Below are positions 53,339 to 63,755 of a stretch of DNA of 64,000 bases, one piece after another. The position numbers and the translations under genes are program-made. Numbering within the stretch: the stretch's first letter is position 1; every line of letters starts with the position of its first letter. The notes under the pieces were generated by a model that worked only from the letters and a program-made list of their open reading frames with translations, ran no database searches and was not told where the DNA came from. The DNA comes from Candidatus Latescibacterota bacterium. GTDB lineage: Bacteria; Latescibacterota; UBA2968. The DNA lies in NCBI GenBank assembly GCA_965198115.1, contig OZ240241.1, positions 6,240,001 to 6,304,000 on the forward strand, in the 5' to 3' direction.

Positions 53339-54085
53339 CTGTTCGCGATCAAACTGATGGTGGCGACGCTGATTCTGCAGGCGCCGGTGGATGCGCAAAG
53401 GACGATGGTGTTCGCCGCCTCGAGTCTGGCGTCAGTGGTCGAGGCATTGGCTCGAGACGCCGATCGAGAAGGTCTCAGCTGGAATGCGGTCTTTGCCAGT
53501 TCGTCGACGCTGGCCAGACAGATCGAGCACGGTGCGCCGGCGGATCTGTATGTCTCCGCACATCCGAGATGGATGGATTACCTGGAGGAACGCGACCATC
53601 TGGAACCTGCCACGCGTCAAGATCTGGTGGCGAACACGCTTGTCGTGATTGCTCACGCGGAAGATTCGCCGGCGGTCCAGATGGAAAGAGATTTCGACTT
53701 CGCCTCGACTTTCGAGGGGCGACTGGCGATGGGAGATCCCAGTCACGTGCCGGCGGGAATGTATGCGAAGCAGGCGCTGACCTCGCTGGGATGGTGGACG
53801 GCGCTCGCTCACAGACTGGCGCCCACGAAGGATGTGAGAGCCGCGCTGAGCTATGTCGATCTGGGTGAGTGTTCGGTGGGCATCGTGTATGCCACGGACG
53901 TTTCGATCGCGTCCAATGTGAGAATCGTCGCGGCCTTTCCTGCCGATGCGCACGATCCGATCGTCTATCCCGTGGCCGTCGTGAAGGGACGTTATTCGGA
54001 TCAGGTTCGCAGGATCCTCGCTTTTCTAAACTCTGAAAGAGCGGGGGATGTCTTCAGGAGCCACGGATTTCGTGTGCTTGATTGA
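53339..54085 (+). CDS. modA: Molybdate ABC transporter substrate-binding protein (start uncertain)
   Basis: FAASSL, SSSTLARQIEHGAPAD, VPAGMYA, DVRAAL, GIVYATD. Confidence 0.92.
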   Translation: MFAIKLMVATLILQAPVDAQRTMVFAASSLASVVEALARDADREGLSWNAVFASSSTLARQIEHGAPADLYVSAHPRWMDYLEERDHLEPATRQDLVANTLVVIAHAEDSPAVQMERDFDFASTFEGRLAMGDPSHVPAGMYAKQALTSLGWWTALAHRLAPTKDVRAALSYVDLGECSVGIVYATDVSIASNVRIVAAFPADAHDPIVYPVAVVKGRYSDQVRRILAFLNSERAGDVFRSHGFRVLD

Positions 54086-54289
54086 ACATTTGGCGTGACA
54101 GCCTGCCCGCCGTAGCCTTCGGCGGAAGCTGCTGGACGGAAACTTGTCGGCTGTCGGCAGTGAGCTGTGGGCGGAAACGACGGTTTCGCCACTGTGCGAG
54201 GCGGAATGGGCGTTTCGGCTTGCCGCTGTCGGGACACTCGGCGTATATTCTTGAGAGTCGATACAATCACCATTCATCGAGGATCACCG

Positions 54290-54346
54290 ATGACGGGTCA
54301 GACGCATTCGCGACGCGCTTTTCTTTGAGAGGAGCGCGCTTTTTTT
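54290..54346 (+). promoter_or_regulatory. Putative pyrB attenuator: 12-aa leader ORF plus terminator hairpin
   Basis: GAGGA-N6-ATG, MTGQTHSRRAFL*, hairpin GCGCTTTTC/GAGGAGCGC then T7. Confidence 0.5.
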
Positions 54347-54397
54347 ATGTCTATGATGGAATGTCGATTTCCAACAGAATCCTGACCGAGGGCCGAC

Positions 54398-55324
54398 ATG
54401 GATAAACTGTTTCACGTGATCGAAGCGCAGCAGTTCGACCGACCGCTCCTGACGGAACTGTTCGCTGTGACGAAAGAGATGGAGGAGGTGGTCAGTCGAT
54501 ACGGATCGAACATCCTGAGCCGGCGGTTGATGGCGTCGCTTTTCTACGAGCCGAGCACACGTACACGTCTGTCGTTCGAATCGGCGATGTTCCGGCTCGG
54601 GGGGCAGGTGATCACGACAGAGAGCGCGCGTGAGTTTTCGTCGGCGGCGAAAGGAGAGACGCTTGAGGATACGATTCGTATCGTCGAGGGTTACAGCGAT
54701 GTCATCGTGATCCGTCACTTCGAGAGCGGCTCTGCGCGACGCGCGGCAGAGGTTGCCTCGGTGCCCATCATCAACGCGGGTGACGGTCCCGGTCAACACC
54801 CGACGCAAGCGCTGCTGGACGTTTACACGATCCGGAAAGAGATCGGCAGACTGGACGATTTCAAGATCGCGATGGTCGGCGACCTTGCGAATGGGCGTAC
54901 GGTCCGTTCTCTGACGTATCTTCTGTCGAAGTATGAGGGTGTCAAGATTTTCTTCGTGGCCCCACGCGTGGTGCGGATGAAGGATGATATCAAGGCACAC
55001 CTGGACGAGCACGGGATCGCGTGGGAGGAGGCCGATGATCTGATCGCTGTCGCGAGGGACGCGGATGTGATTTACCAGACCCGAATCCAGCGGGAGCGTT
55101 TCGGCGACAGGATCGAGGATTACGAGAAGGCCCGGGGCAAGTATGTGATCGACGGAACGGTGATGGAAGCGCTACAGGACTCTTCCGTGGTTCTTCATCC
55201 GCTGCCGAGGGTCGATGAGATCGCCCCAGAGATGGACGGCGATCCACGCTCGGCCTACTTCAGGCAGGCGCACAATGGTCTATACATTCGGATGGCGTTG
55301 TTGCGGATGGTTCTGGAAAACTGA
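54398..55324 (+). CDS. pyrB: Aspartate carbamoyltransferase
   Basis: FYEPSTRTR, KGETLEDT, NAGDG..QHPTQ, HPLPR. Confidence 0.97.
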   Translation: MDKLFHVIEAQQFDRPLLTELFAVTKEMEEVVSRYGSNILSRRLMASLFYEPSTRTRLSFESAMFRLGGQVITTESAREFSSAAKGETLEDTIRIVEGYSDVIVIRHFESGSARRAAEVASVPIINAGDGPGQHPTQALLDVYTIRKEIGRLDDFKIAMVGDLANGRTVRSLTYLLSKYEGVKIFFVAPRVVRMKDDIKAHLDEHGIAWEEADDLIAVARDADVIYQTRIQRERFGDRIEDYEKARGKYVIDGTVMEALQDSSVVLHPLPRVDEIAPEMDGDPRSAYFRQAHNGLYIRMALLRMVLEN

Positions 55325-55379
55325 GTGAGGCGATATCCAAAATCCGATTGAAGATTTCCGATCTCCGAGAGAGGTCATC

Positions 55380-55861
55380 TTGTTCCGGTTGCGACTCCTG
55401 TTCGTCCTGGCGATCACAGCGTGCGCTGCACGTGTCGATGATGCTGTCCGACTGGTCTACACGCCTGAAGTGGGTCGCTCCTATCGCTACGAAGTCGAGA
55501 TCGAGAAAGGTCTGGAAGCGACGGTTGTTCGCCACGTCGAAGCACGAACGAGCGACGGATTCAAGGAACGACATCATCTGATCAAATCGGGTGAGGAAGA
55601 AGATGTGACGTTCCAGGTGTCTACCCGTTATACGTCGGACGACCACCGCTTCGTGGACCTGGATTTCCCGACAGAAGCGGTGCGGGCAGGGGATGCCTGG
55701 CCGGGTCGGCTGGCAGAGAGGAAGACCTACTCTCAGCATATTGACTTCAGCTGGGAACTGCGATTGGTCGATGATCAGACCGCCGCGCTCTGATCGATGG
55801 CGGATTCGCCGATCAAGTGCAGAGTGTGTGGAAAGAAGATGGGTGTCGTACGCGGCTTTGA
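55380..55861 (+). CDS. Hypothetical lipoprotein (probable frameshift near 55790)
   Basis: MFRLRLLFVLAITAC signal peptide and lipobox. Confidence 0.5.
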
Positions 55862-55930
55862 GGGCCGCGTTTTTTCGTTGTGTATTCCGTGTGAGGAGAA
55901 GCGGAAGCGCGCCAAAAAGCGGGGAGCGAC

Positions 55931-57092
55931 TTGAAGATCGAGAAGATTCGGGCAGTGCACGTGGACGTGCCATCCGGGAGAGTGACGGAGGGACGCCGCG
56001 ATCCTTGGACGGTTGATGCGGAAGTCGCGAATCCGATGTCTCGGTTCTCGGACTACAAGCCACACCGTTCGCTCTGGGGACCGAAGAAGTGGGGCACCGT
56101 GTGGGTTCAGGCGATCGCGGAAGACGGGACCTACGGTCTGGGACAGACATCGTTCGGCCGACCGGTTGCGTCTGTCGTTGACGATCACTTCGGGCCCGTA
56201 CTCGAAGGTGAGAGCGTTTTTGCGATCGAGAAGTGCTCGGATATGATGTTCCGGATGTCGAAGCCGTATGGCAGTTCGGGTCTGGCATCGTGCGCGATGA
56301 GTGCGGTCGATCTGGCGCTGTGGGATCTGGCGGGGAAGCTGAAGGAGCAACCCGTGTATGAGTTGCTCGGGGGGCCTACGAAGGACCGTGTGTTCTGTTA
56401 TGCGACGGGTAACGATACGGACTGGCAGTTGGAGCTCGGGTTCAAGGCGGTGAAGCTGGCGTGTCCTTACGGACCCGTGGATGGGCTCAAGGGGTTGCAA
56501 GAGAACGAGGCGCTGGTCGAAAAGACGCGCAAACTCGTGGGCGACGACGTGGAGGTGATGCTCGACTGCTATATGGCGTTCGACGTGGACTACACGATTC
56601 GATTGGCTCAGCGGCTCAGGCCCTTACGGGCTGAAATGGATCGAGGAGTTCCTGATTCCGGAGGACATCTACGGGCATAAAGCGGTGCGCGAAGCCATCG
56701 ACTGGGTCTCTCTCGCGTCGGGCGAGCACCTATACAGCCACTATCCCTATCTCCGGATCATCAAAGACGGCTCGCTCGACATCCTGCAGCCCGACATCAA
56801 CTGGGTTGGGGGGCTGACGGTCGCCCGCAAGATCGCCCACGCCGCAGAGGCAGCCGGACTCGATGTGATCCTGCACGGGGGCGCCGGGAACGCCTACGGC
56901 CAACACTTCACCTACGCGACGTCGAATTCGCCCTGGCTCGAATGCTTTGTGGGATCGCCACCGGGTGTGCCTCTCAAGGAGGCGTTTCCGCCCTGGCAGG
57001 CGGTTCCGGATGATGGATGGTTGACGCCACGGGAAGCGCCGGGATTCGGGATCGAGGTCGAAGAGACCTGGATTCGACCGTTCGAGTATTGA
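55931..57092 (+). CDS. L-rhamnonate dehydratase-like enolase (frameshift near 56625)
   Basis: VANPMS, SAVDLALWDL, YATGND, DCYM, ASGEH, LQPDINWVGG. Confidence 0.88.
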
Positions 57093-58273
57093 ACCACCAA
57101 GAAGCTAGAACACACTTCGACTCCGCTCAGTGCAGGCTCCGGCACGAAGACGCGAAGGCTGTGACGGTGGACCGTAGACTGTGACGCCTTGCGATAATTC
57201 TCCGCCCGGCTTAAGCTATTCGCAGAATAGGCAGAATCGTTTCAATACGGTTAACAGTGGAGACCGTTCCCTAATGAGTTGAGGGTCACCTAAGATCTGG
57301 CGGCCATGCGACATAGTGCCATAGGAGTACTTACAAGGCGCAACTGCCAAAAGCGGTTGTCGGACCTACGCCTGATGTCCCTTTCTTTACGCGAACGCGT
57401 TTGGCACATTCCGGGGGATCGGGACGCGAAACGCTCTCGACCTCCGACGGGTCCGCCATCGGCAGCACCGCCAGGGAGACGGCCGATTTTCTACCCCGCT
57501 TCGCCATTTTCGGGAAGCACCTTCAAAGCCGCCTTGTCGACAGACGCAAGCTCTTGTTTTTGCACTGGTTTAAGTGTTTCCGACACCTGAAAAACCCCCC
57601 TTTCGTCGACAACGGCCGCGATGCGCCCTCCGGAACTAAAATTAGGACGTTTTAGTAGAAGAAACGGTCCACTACCGGTGTCCAAAAAAGAGAGCTGACC
57701 GTTTCCACCCCCCCTACCCCCCTGGTGCGGGCCTCGGGCCAGCGACGCGCCCAGGGCCAACACCGCGCACCCCCTATGCCCGCTGGGACCTGGCCCTAGC
57801 CACGTCTTGAGCCTAATCGGTCGAAACGCGCTATTTTCGCGGTTCGAGAGCCTATTTCTCGCGCGTGTGGGAAAATGAAAAGGGCGCGGTCTACATCGGG
57901 ACGCCCAGAGAGTTCATCCTCCCTTATCTCCGGTCGTCAGTTCTTGGTGCGTGAGAATGCGAATAGCGTAATCTGGGCGGGAATCTATCGTAAGCCGTAA
58001 CACGTAGACAGACGATAACACGCACAGTATCGAACAGGGTATAACAGCGGCCCGATGCTGAAGCGACGGTCTTGCCCCACATATTTTCACAATTCCTTAA
58101 TTTTTTAATACGGCAATGAATAGTGGCCCCGAGGCCACTATTAAGAGAAGAATATTACTTGATAAGATACGATACTGCTAAGTTGTGTATAACTCGTTGA
58201 TTATCAAAGATTTCCGCTTCAGCAAAGTGGTGTTTTGCCGATCCATAGAACGTGCAGAGGAGGTACCCTGCAT

Positions 58274-58558
58274 ATGCCATTGGCCGGCATTTTGGATGGA
58301 CAACCGATCTTGAATCGGGGCGCGCAGGATGCGCGTCGACTGGCGCTGGACGGACATATGAACTCGAGCGTGAGGGGGCAGCCACTTCCACCGAGGGTGG
58401 ACGAGCCTACCGAGACACGAGCAGAGAAACTGAAGCGGGTGCGGGAGCAAGTCAGAGAGGGCTATTACGCCAACCGGGATGTTCTGAGAGATGTCGCTGA
58501 CGCGCTGATTATGAATCCCGCCCCTTTCGAAGCCCTGAACGAAAAAGAGGAAGAATAG
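58274..58558 (+). CDS. FlgM-like anti-sigma-28 factor
   Basis: RBS GAGGAGG; RAEKLKRVREQVREGYY..DVADAL resembles the FlgM C-terminal motif; GCCGAT upstream. Confidence 0.6.
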   Translation: MPLAGILDGQPILNRGAQDARRLALDGHMNSSVRGQPLPPRVDEPTETRAEKLKRVREQVREGYYANRDVLRDVADALIMNPAPFEALNEKEEE

Positions 58559-59018
58559 AAAAACAAAACCCAATGTGTTTTACGAAGAGCCGACGCACGA
58601 TGTTGCGTCGACTTTTTTCGTTTGACCGATGAGGTCGGAGGTCCGCGGTGGTAGGGTAGGAGCGGCCGCTGAGCGGAGTCGAAGTGCCGCGACAAGGCCG
58701 AGATGACAGAGGAAAGCAAAGACGACAGAAGACAGTAAAAAACGGCTTCGTACCATTGCCAGTGGGGGCAACCCATCGACGGAGTTCATCCCGAGCGAAG
58801 TCGAGGGCCTCAGGATGTACTTCCGGACTGCGAACAGGACTGGCAGCTCCGGATGGCGCGAGTTGACACACATTGGTGTGCCGTGCATCTTTATTGGCCT
58901 GCCACGTAAACTCTTTACAATCAGGTTGATCGGCTTGTCTTCTGGTCCTTTGTCGAGCGGCCGACGTGTTCGAAAAGGACGATTCAGAATCCAGGAGTCC
59001 TACTGCCGTCGAGGTTGA

Positions 59019-59993
59019 ATGATGGGTGACCTTTTAGAGGTCGAACACCTCCAGGCTGAGCCCGGACAGACCACGCGGGGTTATCTCGACATCGCGGAGC
59101 TTCGTGACGGCACACCGGCTCGTCTGCCCGTGGCGTTGATCAACGGCGCCAAGGACGGTCCGACATTCTACCTGCAATCGATCAGCGATGGGGACGAGCT
59201 GAACGGTCTGGCGGTCGTTCGTCGGATTCTGAGCCGGGTCGACGCGGCCGCGCTTGCGGGACAGATCATTGCCGTCCCGATTCTGAACATCCACGCGTTC
59301 CAGGCACATCAGGCTTACAGTCCGGTCGATGGAAAGAAGATGAATCGCTGCTTTCCGGGGCGAAAGGACGGGACGTCGAGCGAGCGAATCGCCCACCGCC
59401 TCTTCCAGAATGCGATCCTCCAGTCCGACTACTGCGTGGATCTTCACCAGGGTGGGATTCGGCCGATGGTCGACGAGGTGCGGGTCCGCGTTGATAAGAG
59501 AAAGCGCATCCACCGGGCGTGTCTGGATATGGCACGCATCTTCGGGATCGGATACATCCTGGATTCGCGCGGTCCAGATGGCCAACTGGCTCGGTGCGCC
59601 CCGGATGAAGGTATCCCCACGATCGATCCCGAGCTTGGGGGATGCCCGGGGTGGGATGCATCGAGCATCAAGAAGGGCGTGACCGGGGTCGAGAACCTTC
59701 TGAAACATCACGGTCTGATCAAGGGCAAACCGGTCGTGCCCGACAAGCAGACCGTGGTCGATGGCTTTTTGAGTCTTCTGGCGAACCGCGGCGGATTCGT
59801 GGAATACCGGGCCCAGCTTTACGACCACCTGCAGAAGGGAGATCCCGTGGCGGACATCACGGATCCCTTCGGTGAGGAGCTGGAGACGCTCCTCGCGCCC
59901 GAAGAAGCGATCTTGTGGTCCCACGCATTGAGACCGACTGTTGCGACGGGTGAGTGCGTGGCTACGTTGGGCAAGAACGTACGGTCGATCTGA
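59019..59993 (+). CDS. Succinylglutamate desuccinylase/aspartoacylase family protein
   Basis: DGDELNG, MNRCFPG, VDLH, PELGG. Confidence 0.88.
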   Translation: MMGDLLEVEHLQAEPGQTTRGYLDIAELRDGTPARLPVALINGAKDGPTFYLQSISDGDELNGLAVVRRILSRVDAAALAGQIIAVPILNIHAFQAHQAYSPVDGKKMNRCFPGRKDGTSSERIAHRLFQNAILQSDYCVDLHQGGIRPMVDEVRVRVDKRKRIHRACLDMARIFGIGYILDSRGPDGQLARCAPDEGIPTIDPELGGCPGWDASSIKKGVTGVENLLKHHGLIKGKPVVPDKQTVVDGFLSLLANRGGFVEYRAQLYDHLQKGDPVADITDPFGEELETLLAPEEAILWSHALRPTVATGECVATLGKNVRSI

Positions 59994-59997
59994 AGCG

Positions 59998-61429
59998 ATG
60001 AAACGCTTTCTCGGGTTGGATGTGGGAACGACCACGATTACAGCCCTTGTGCTGGACCTCGATACGGGCCGAATCGTCGCCCGATCGACGCCGAACGACA
60101 CGGAGATCACGTCATCCGAGGGTCGGCGTCAGGGTCGGAGCGAGTGGGACCCGACGCGGATCCTCGTTCGTGTTAAAGAGGCCATCAAGGAAACGATTTC
60201 GGGGTGCGAATCGGAGGTGGAGGCGGTCGGTGTGACGGGCCAGATGCACGGAATGCTGGTGGTTGGCGAAGATGGCAACCCCTGGGTCCTTTCATCGGGT
60301 GGCAAGACCAGCGGGGAACCGAATTGCTACTGGGAGGGCCATCCGCCGTCGATCGTTTGGCGATGGCGTCGGGCCCGGATGTGTGTGTGGCCAAGACGGG
60401 ATATCTCGGTTCGACGCTGACGTGGCTCGCCGTGAGCGAAGCGCTACCCCGGTTTCTTTTCTGCCCGATTATGTCGTGGCGGCGATGACGGACACCGCCG
60501 TCGTAACGGATCGCACGAATGCGGCCGGTTCCGGTCTTTACGATGTCGTGTGCGACACGTGGGATGAAGCACTGATTGGGGCAGGATTTTTTCCACCGAC
60601 GGCCCTGCCCGAACTCAGACCATCGGGCACCGTGGCGGGACCTTTGAGTGCGAACTGGGCCCAGATAATCGGCCTCCAAGCCGGGATTCCGGTGATGGTC
60701 TCGTGTGGCGACAATCAGGCGAGTTTTGCGGGGAGCGTTGCCGACTACGACGAGATCGCGCTCATCAATATCGGGACGGGCGGTCAGGTTTCCGTTCACG
60801 CGAAGGAAGCGGTAGGGGCGCCGGGGCTGGAGGCTCGACCGTTTATGGACGGTCGGTATCTGCTGGTCGGTGCCGGATTGGTCGGAGGTCGTACGTTCGC
60901 GTGGCTCCGTGATTTCGTGGCGGCGGTCGGGCGAGATGTGTTTGACGTCGCGATCGAATCGGATGCGATTTACGACACTCTGACACGTTTAGCGGGCGAG
61001 GTCGATCCCGGCGCTGACGATCTGGCTTTTGAGCCGCTGCTGACTGGCACGCGTGAGGCTCCGGATCGCCGGGGGGTGATGGCGGGAATCGGGACGAGCA
61101 ATTTCACCCCAGGGCATCTGTGTCGGGCCCTGTTCGAGGGCGTTGCGGAGCAGTTTCGCCTGCTGTATGAGGCGGCGATCGCTACAGGTACAAAGCGAAG
61201 GACGAGGCTGGTCGGAGCAGGGAATGGGATTCGGCGGAATCCGGTGCTGAGGGAGATTTTGGAGGCGTCGTTCGAGTTGTCGATGCAGCTGCCCGAACAC
61301 ACGGAAGAAGCGGCTTACGGTGCCGCCCTGCTGGCCAGCGTGGGGACGGGAGACCGTGACAGTCTGGCGGAAGCGTCCTCGGTGATTTGTTACGCCGGAG
61401 CGTCAGGCCTAGGTCGTGCTGGCGTCTGA
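59998..61429 (+). CDS. FGGY carbohydrate kinase (sedoheptulo/xylulokinase-like), two frameshifts
   Basis: GLDVGTTT, TGQMHG, WQDQR, GDNQAS, NIGTGGQ, EEAAYGAA. Confidence 0.87.
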
Positions 61430-61666
61430 GATGATGGCGCGTATGGCGGGCTTGAGGAAGAAGTCGTCGAGCGGAAGCTTTCCGAATTCACGTGCGAAAA
61501 TCTGGACCTGGCTTCGGACGTCGAGTTCGCGATCGAGGATGAATCGCCGTTCGCCCTTGATGACGCAGAAGCCACCCGGGCGGCCCTCGAGATCGGTTCG
61601 GGCGACGTCGATGTCGAGCCGCTCGGCGAGGGCTTCGAATTCCTGGAGAAGTTGCTCGTTGGTCAT
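61409..61666 (-). CDS. Small hypothetical protein
   Basis: 85-aa ORF with protein-like composition (GGFCVIKG, FFLKPAIR). Confidence 0.65.
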   Translation of the reverse strand: MTNEQLLQEFEALAERLDIDVARTDLEGRPGGFCVIKGERRFILDRELDVRSQVQIFAREFGKLPLDDFFLKPAIRAIISDASTT

Positions 61667-61773
61667 TTGCAGAAACCAGTGTTCAGCGTTCGGTGTTCAG
61701 GAAAAACCACGTCGCGATTGTTATGGCTCTGAAGTGACAGTACGCAAACAGGGAGTTCGATTCAACCGATTGG

Positions 61774-62412
61774 ATGATCGAAGCCATTCTGTTCGACAAT
61801 GACGGGGTGCTCGTCGATACAGAGCCCGTCTACATCCGGGCGTGTATCGAAGCGGCGAGAGAGGCTGGACATACGGTCACGGCCGATGATTACGTCCGGC
61901 TGACGATGACGCAGGGTCTGAGCATCTACGGTGAGCTTGGATTGAAGGAAGCGGACATCAATTCGCTGCGGAAGAAGCGAGATACGCGCTACGGGGAGTT
62001 GCTCGCCGGTCAGGATCTCGTGTTTCCTGGTGTGCGTGAGACGATCGCCGCCCTCGGAGCACGGTTGCGACTCGCCGTGGTGACGAGTTCTTACAAACCC
62101 TACTTCGACCAGATTCATTGCGATTCGGGACTCCTCGAGCACTTCGAGTTCGTTCTGACCCGCGAGGATTTCGTGAATTCGAAGCCGAATCCGGAGCCGT
62201 ATCGGCGAGGGCTGGAACGATTGGGAATGGATGGGACGAGGTGTCTGGCGGTCGAGGACTCGACACGCGGTGTGGCATCGGCTGTCGAAGCCGGGATACC
62301 TTGTGTGGCCGTTCCGACCGACTTGACGAAGGACGGCGATTTTAGTCGAGCCTTACGGATCGTGGAGAAGATCGAGGATGTCGTTGACGTTGTGGATGAG
62401 ATGACGGGATGA
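61774..62412 (+). CDS. HAD family phosphatase
   Basis: FDNDGVLVDTE, VTSS, KPNP, EDSTRG. Confidence 0.93.
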   Translation: MIEAILFDNDGVLVDTEPVYIRACIEAAREAGHTVTADDYVRLTMTQGLSIYGELGLKEADINSLRKKRDTRYGELLAGQDLVFPGVRETIAALGARLRLAVVTSSYKPYFDQIHCDSGLLEHFEFVLTREDFVNSKPNPEPYRRGLERLGMDGTRCLAVEDSTRGVASAVEAGIPCVAVPTDLTKDGDFSRALRIVEKIEDVVDVVDEMTG

Positions 62413-62442
62413 AGCGATAGCACGCTCGAAAGTGAGGAGAAT

Positions 62443-62916
62443 GTGAACGGGACGGTTGAAGCGATCTTCGTGGCTGGCAAGGGCGGCGACCCGATGCAGC
62501 GCGTGGACAAAGTGGCGGCGGTGAAGGACGGTGGTCTGCGTGGCGATCGGTATATGGAACGAACGGGCTACTGGACGGATGTGGATGAATGTCAGGTGAC
62601 GTTGATCGAGGGAGAAGCGCTCGATTGGATTGCGTCTGAAACAGACGTGAAGGTTCAGAGCGGTGAGCACCGACGCAACATCGTGACGCGTGGCGTCGAT
62701 CTGATGAAGCTGGCGGGGAAGCGGTTCCGCGTGGGCGAGGCGGAGTTGGTGTTCGATCGTCCCCGTCCGCCCTGCTGCTACATTCAGACGATCACGCAGA
62801 GGGGAATGATGAAGGTTCTGGGAGGGCTCAACGGCGGGATTTGCGCACGTGTTCTGTCAGATGGAATAATTCGATCAGGCGACACGATCGCTCTGACGGA
62901 CGGAACGGGAGGCTGA
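62443..62916 (+). CDS. MOSC domain protein
   Basis: GLRGDRY, QVTLIE, RRNIVTRG, PC, GGI.ARV..G.I..GD. Confidence 0.9.
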   Translation: MNGTVEAIFVAGKGGDPMQRVDKVAAVKDGGLRGDRYMERTGYWTDVDECQVTLIEGEALDWIASETDVKVQSGEHRRNIVTRGVDLMKLAGKRFRVGEAELVFDRPRPPCCYIQTITQRGMMKVLGGLNGGICARVLSDGIIRSGDTIALTDGTGG

Positions 62917-63755
62917 TGGTGAAGCCCGGTGTTTTCTGTACGGTGTTCCAGCGCGATTCGGTCGAAGCCGTCGTGGACGCGATCGTGGATGCCGGTTTCG
63001 TTGCGACGCAGTTTCACGCATCGTCGGCCGGGGAGCAGCTGATCGCCGGTGTGCTCGAGGACGAGCTTTGCGCTCGGATCCGGTCCGCGTTCGAGCGTCG
63101 AAAGCTCGAGATGGCGGCGCTGTCGGGCACGTTCAATATCATTCACCCGGACTCCGCTGTTCGTGATGGCGATTTCCGTCGGTTCGATGGGCTGGCTTCG
63201 TGCTGCCACGAGCTGGGCACGGGGACGATGACGCTCTGTACAGGCACGATGGACCCGGACTATATGTGGCGCCGTCACGCCGAGAACGGGTCGAAAACAG
63301 CGTGGGATGCGATGATCGAGTCGCTCGGACGACTGGCCGAAATCGCGGAGGCGCGAAACGTGACGCTGGCGTTCGAGCCCGAAGTGTCGAACGTGATCGA
63401 TACGGCAAAGAAGGCGCGCGAGGCGATCGACACCGTAGGGTCCGATCGGATCAAGGTCTGCATCGATGGGGCCAATCTGTTTCACGCTGGAGAGTTGCCG
63501 CGAATGAAGGAGATTCTGGACGAGGCGTTCGACCTGCTGGGTGCCGACATCGTGATGGCCCACGCCAAGGATTTGTCCCAAGACGGCGAAGCGGGGTACG
63601 ATGCCGCAGGCACTGGCCAACTGGATTACGATCGCTACGTTCACAATCTGCGTGAGATCGGCTACGACGGCACGATCGCGCTCCACAGCTTGAGTGAGGA
63701 TCAACTCCCGTTCAGTCGCGATTTTCTGTTTGAAAAACTGGGAATGTCCCTCTGA
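62916..63755 (+). CDS. Sugar phosphate isomerase/epimerase
   Basis: SGTFNIIHPD, LCTG, FEPE, DGAN, HAKD, GTGQLDY. Confidence 0.88.
   Translation: MVKPGVFCTVFQRDSVEAVVDAIVDAGFVATQFHASSAGEQLIAGVLEDELCARIRSAFERRKLEMAALSGTFNIIHPDSAVRDGDFRRFDGLASCCHELGTGTMTLCTGTMDPDYMWRRHAENGSKTAWDAMIESLGRLAEIAEARNVTLAFEPEVSNVIDTAKKAREAIDTVGSDRIKVCIDGANLFHAGELPRMKEILDEAFDLLGADIVMAHAKDLSQDGEAGYDAAGTGQLDYDRYVHNLREIGYDGTIALHSLSEDQLPFSRDFLFEKLGMSL

Noticed and set aside
57310-57330. Sigma-54 promoter TGGCAC...GC on the minus strand
   Set aside because: GG-to-GC spacing is 9 nt rather than the required 10
58900-59018. Possible riboswitch before the desuccinylase gene
   Set aside because: Only one imperfect hairpin is visible; no aptamer consensus recognised
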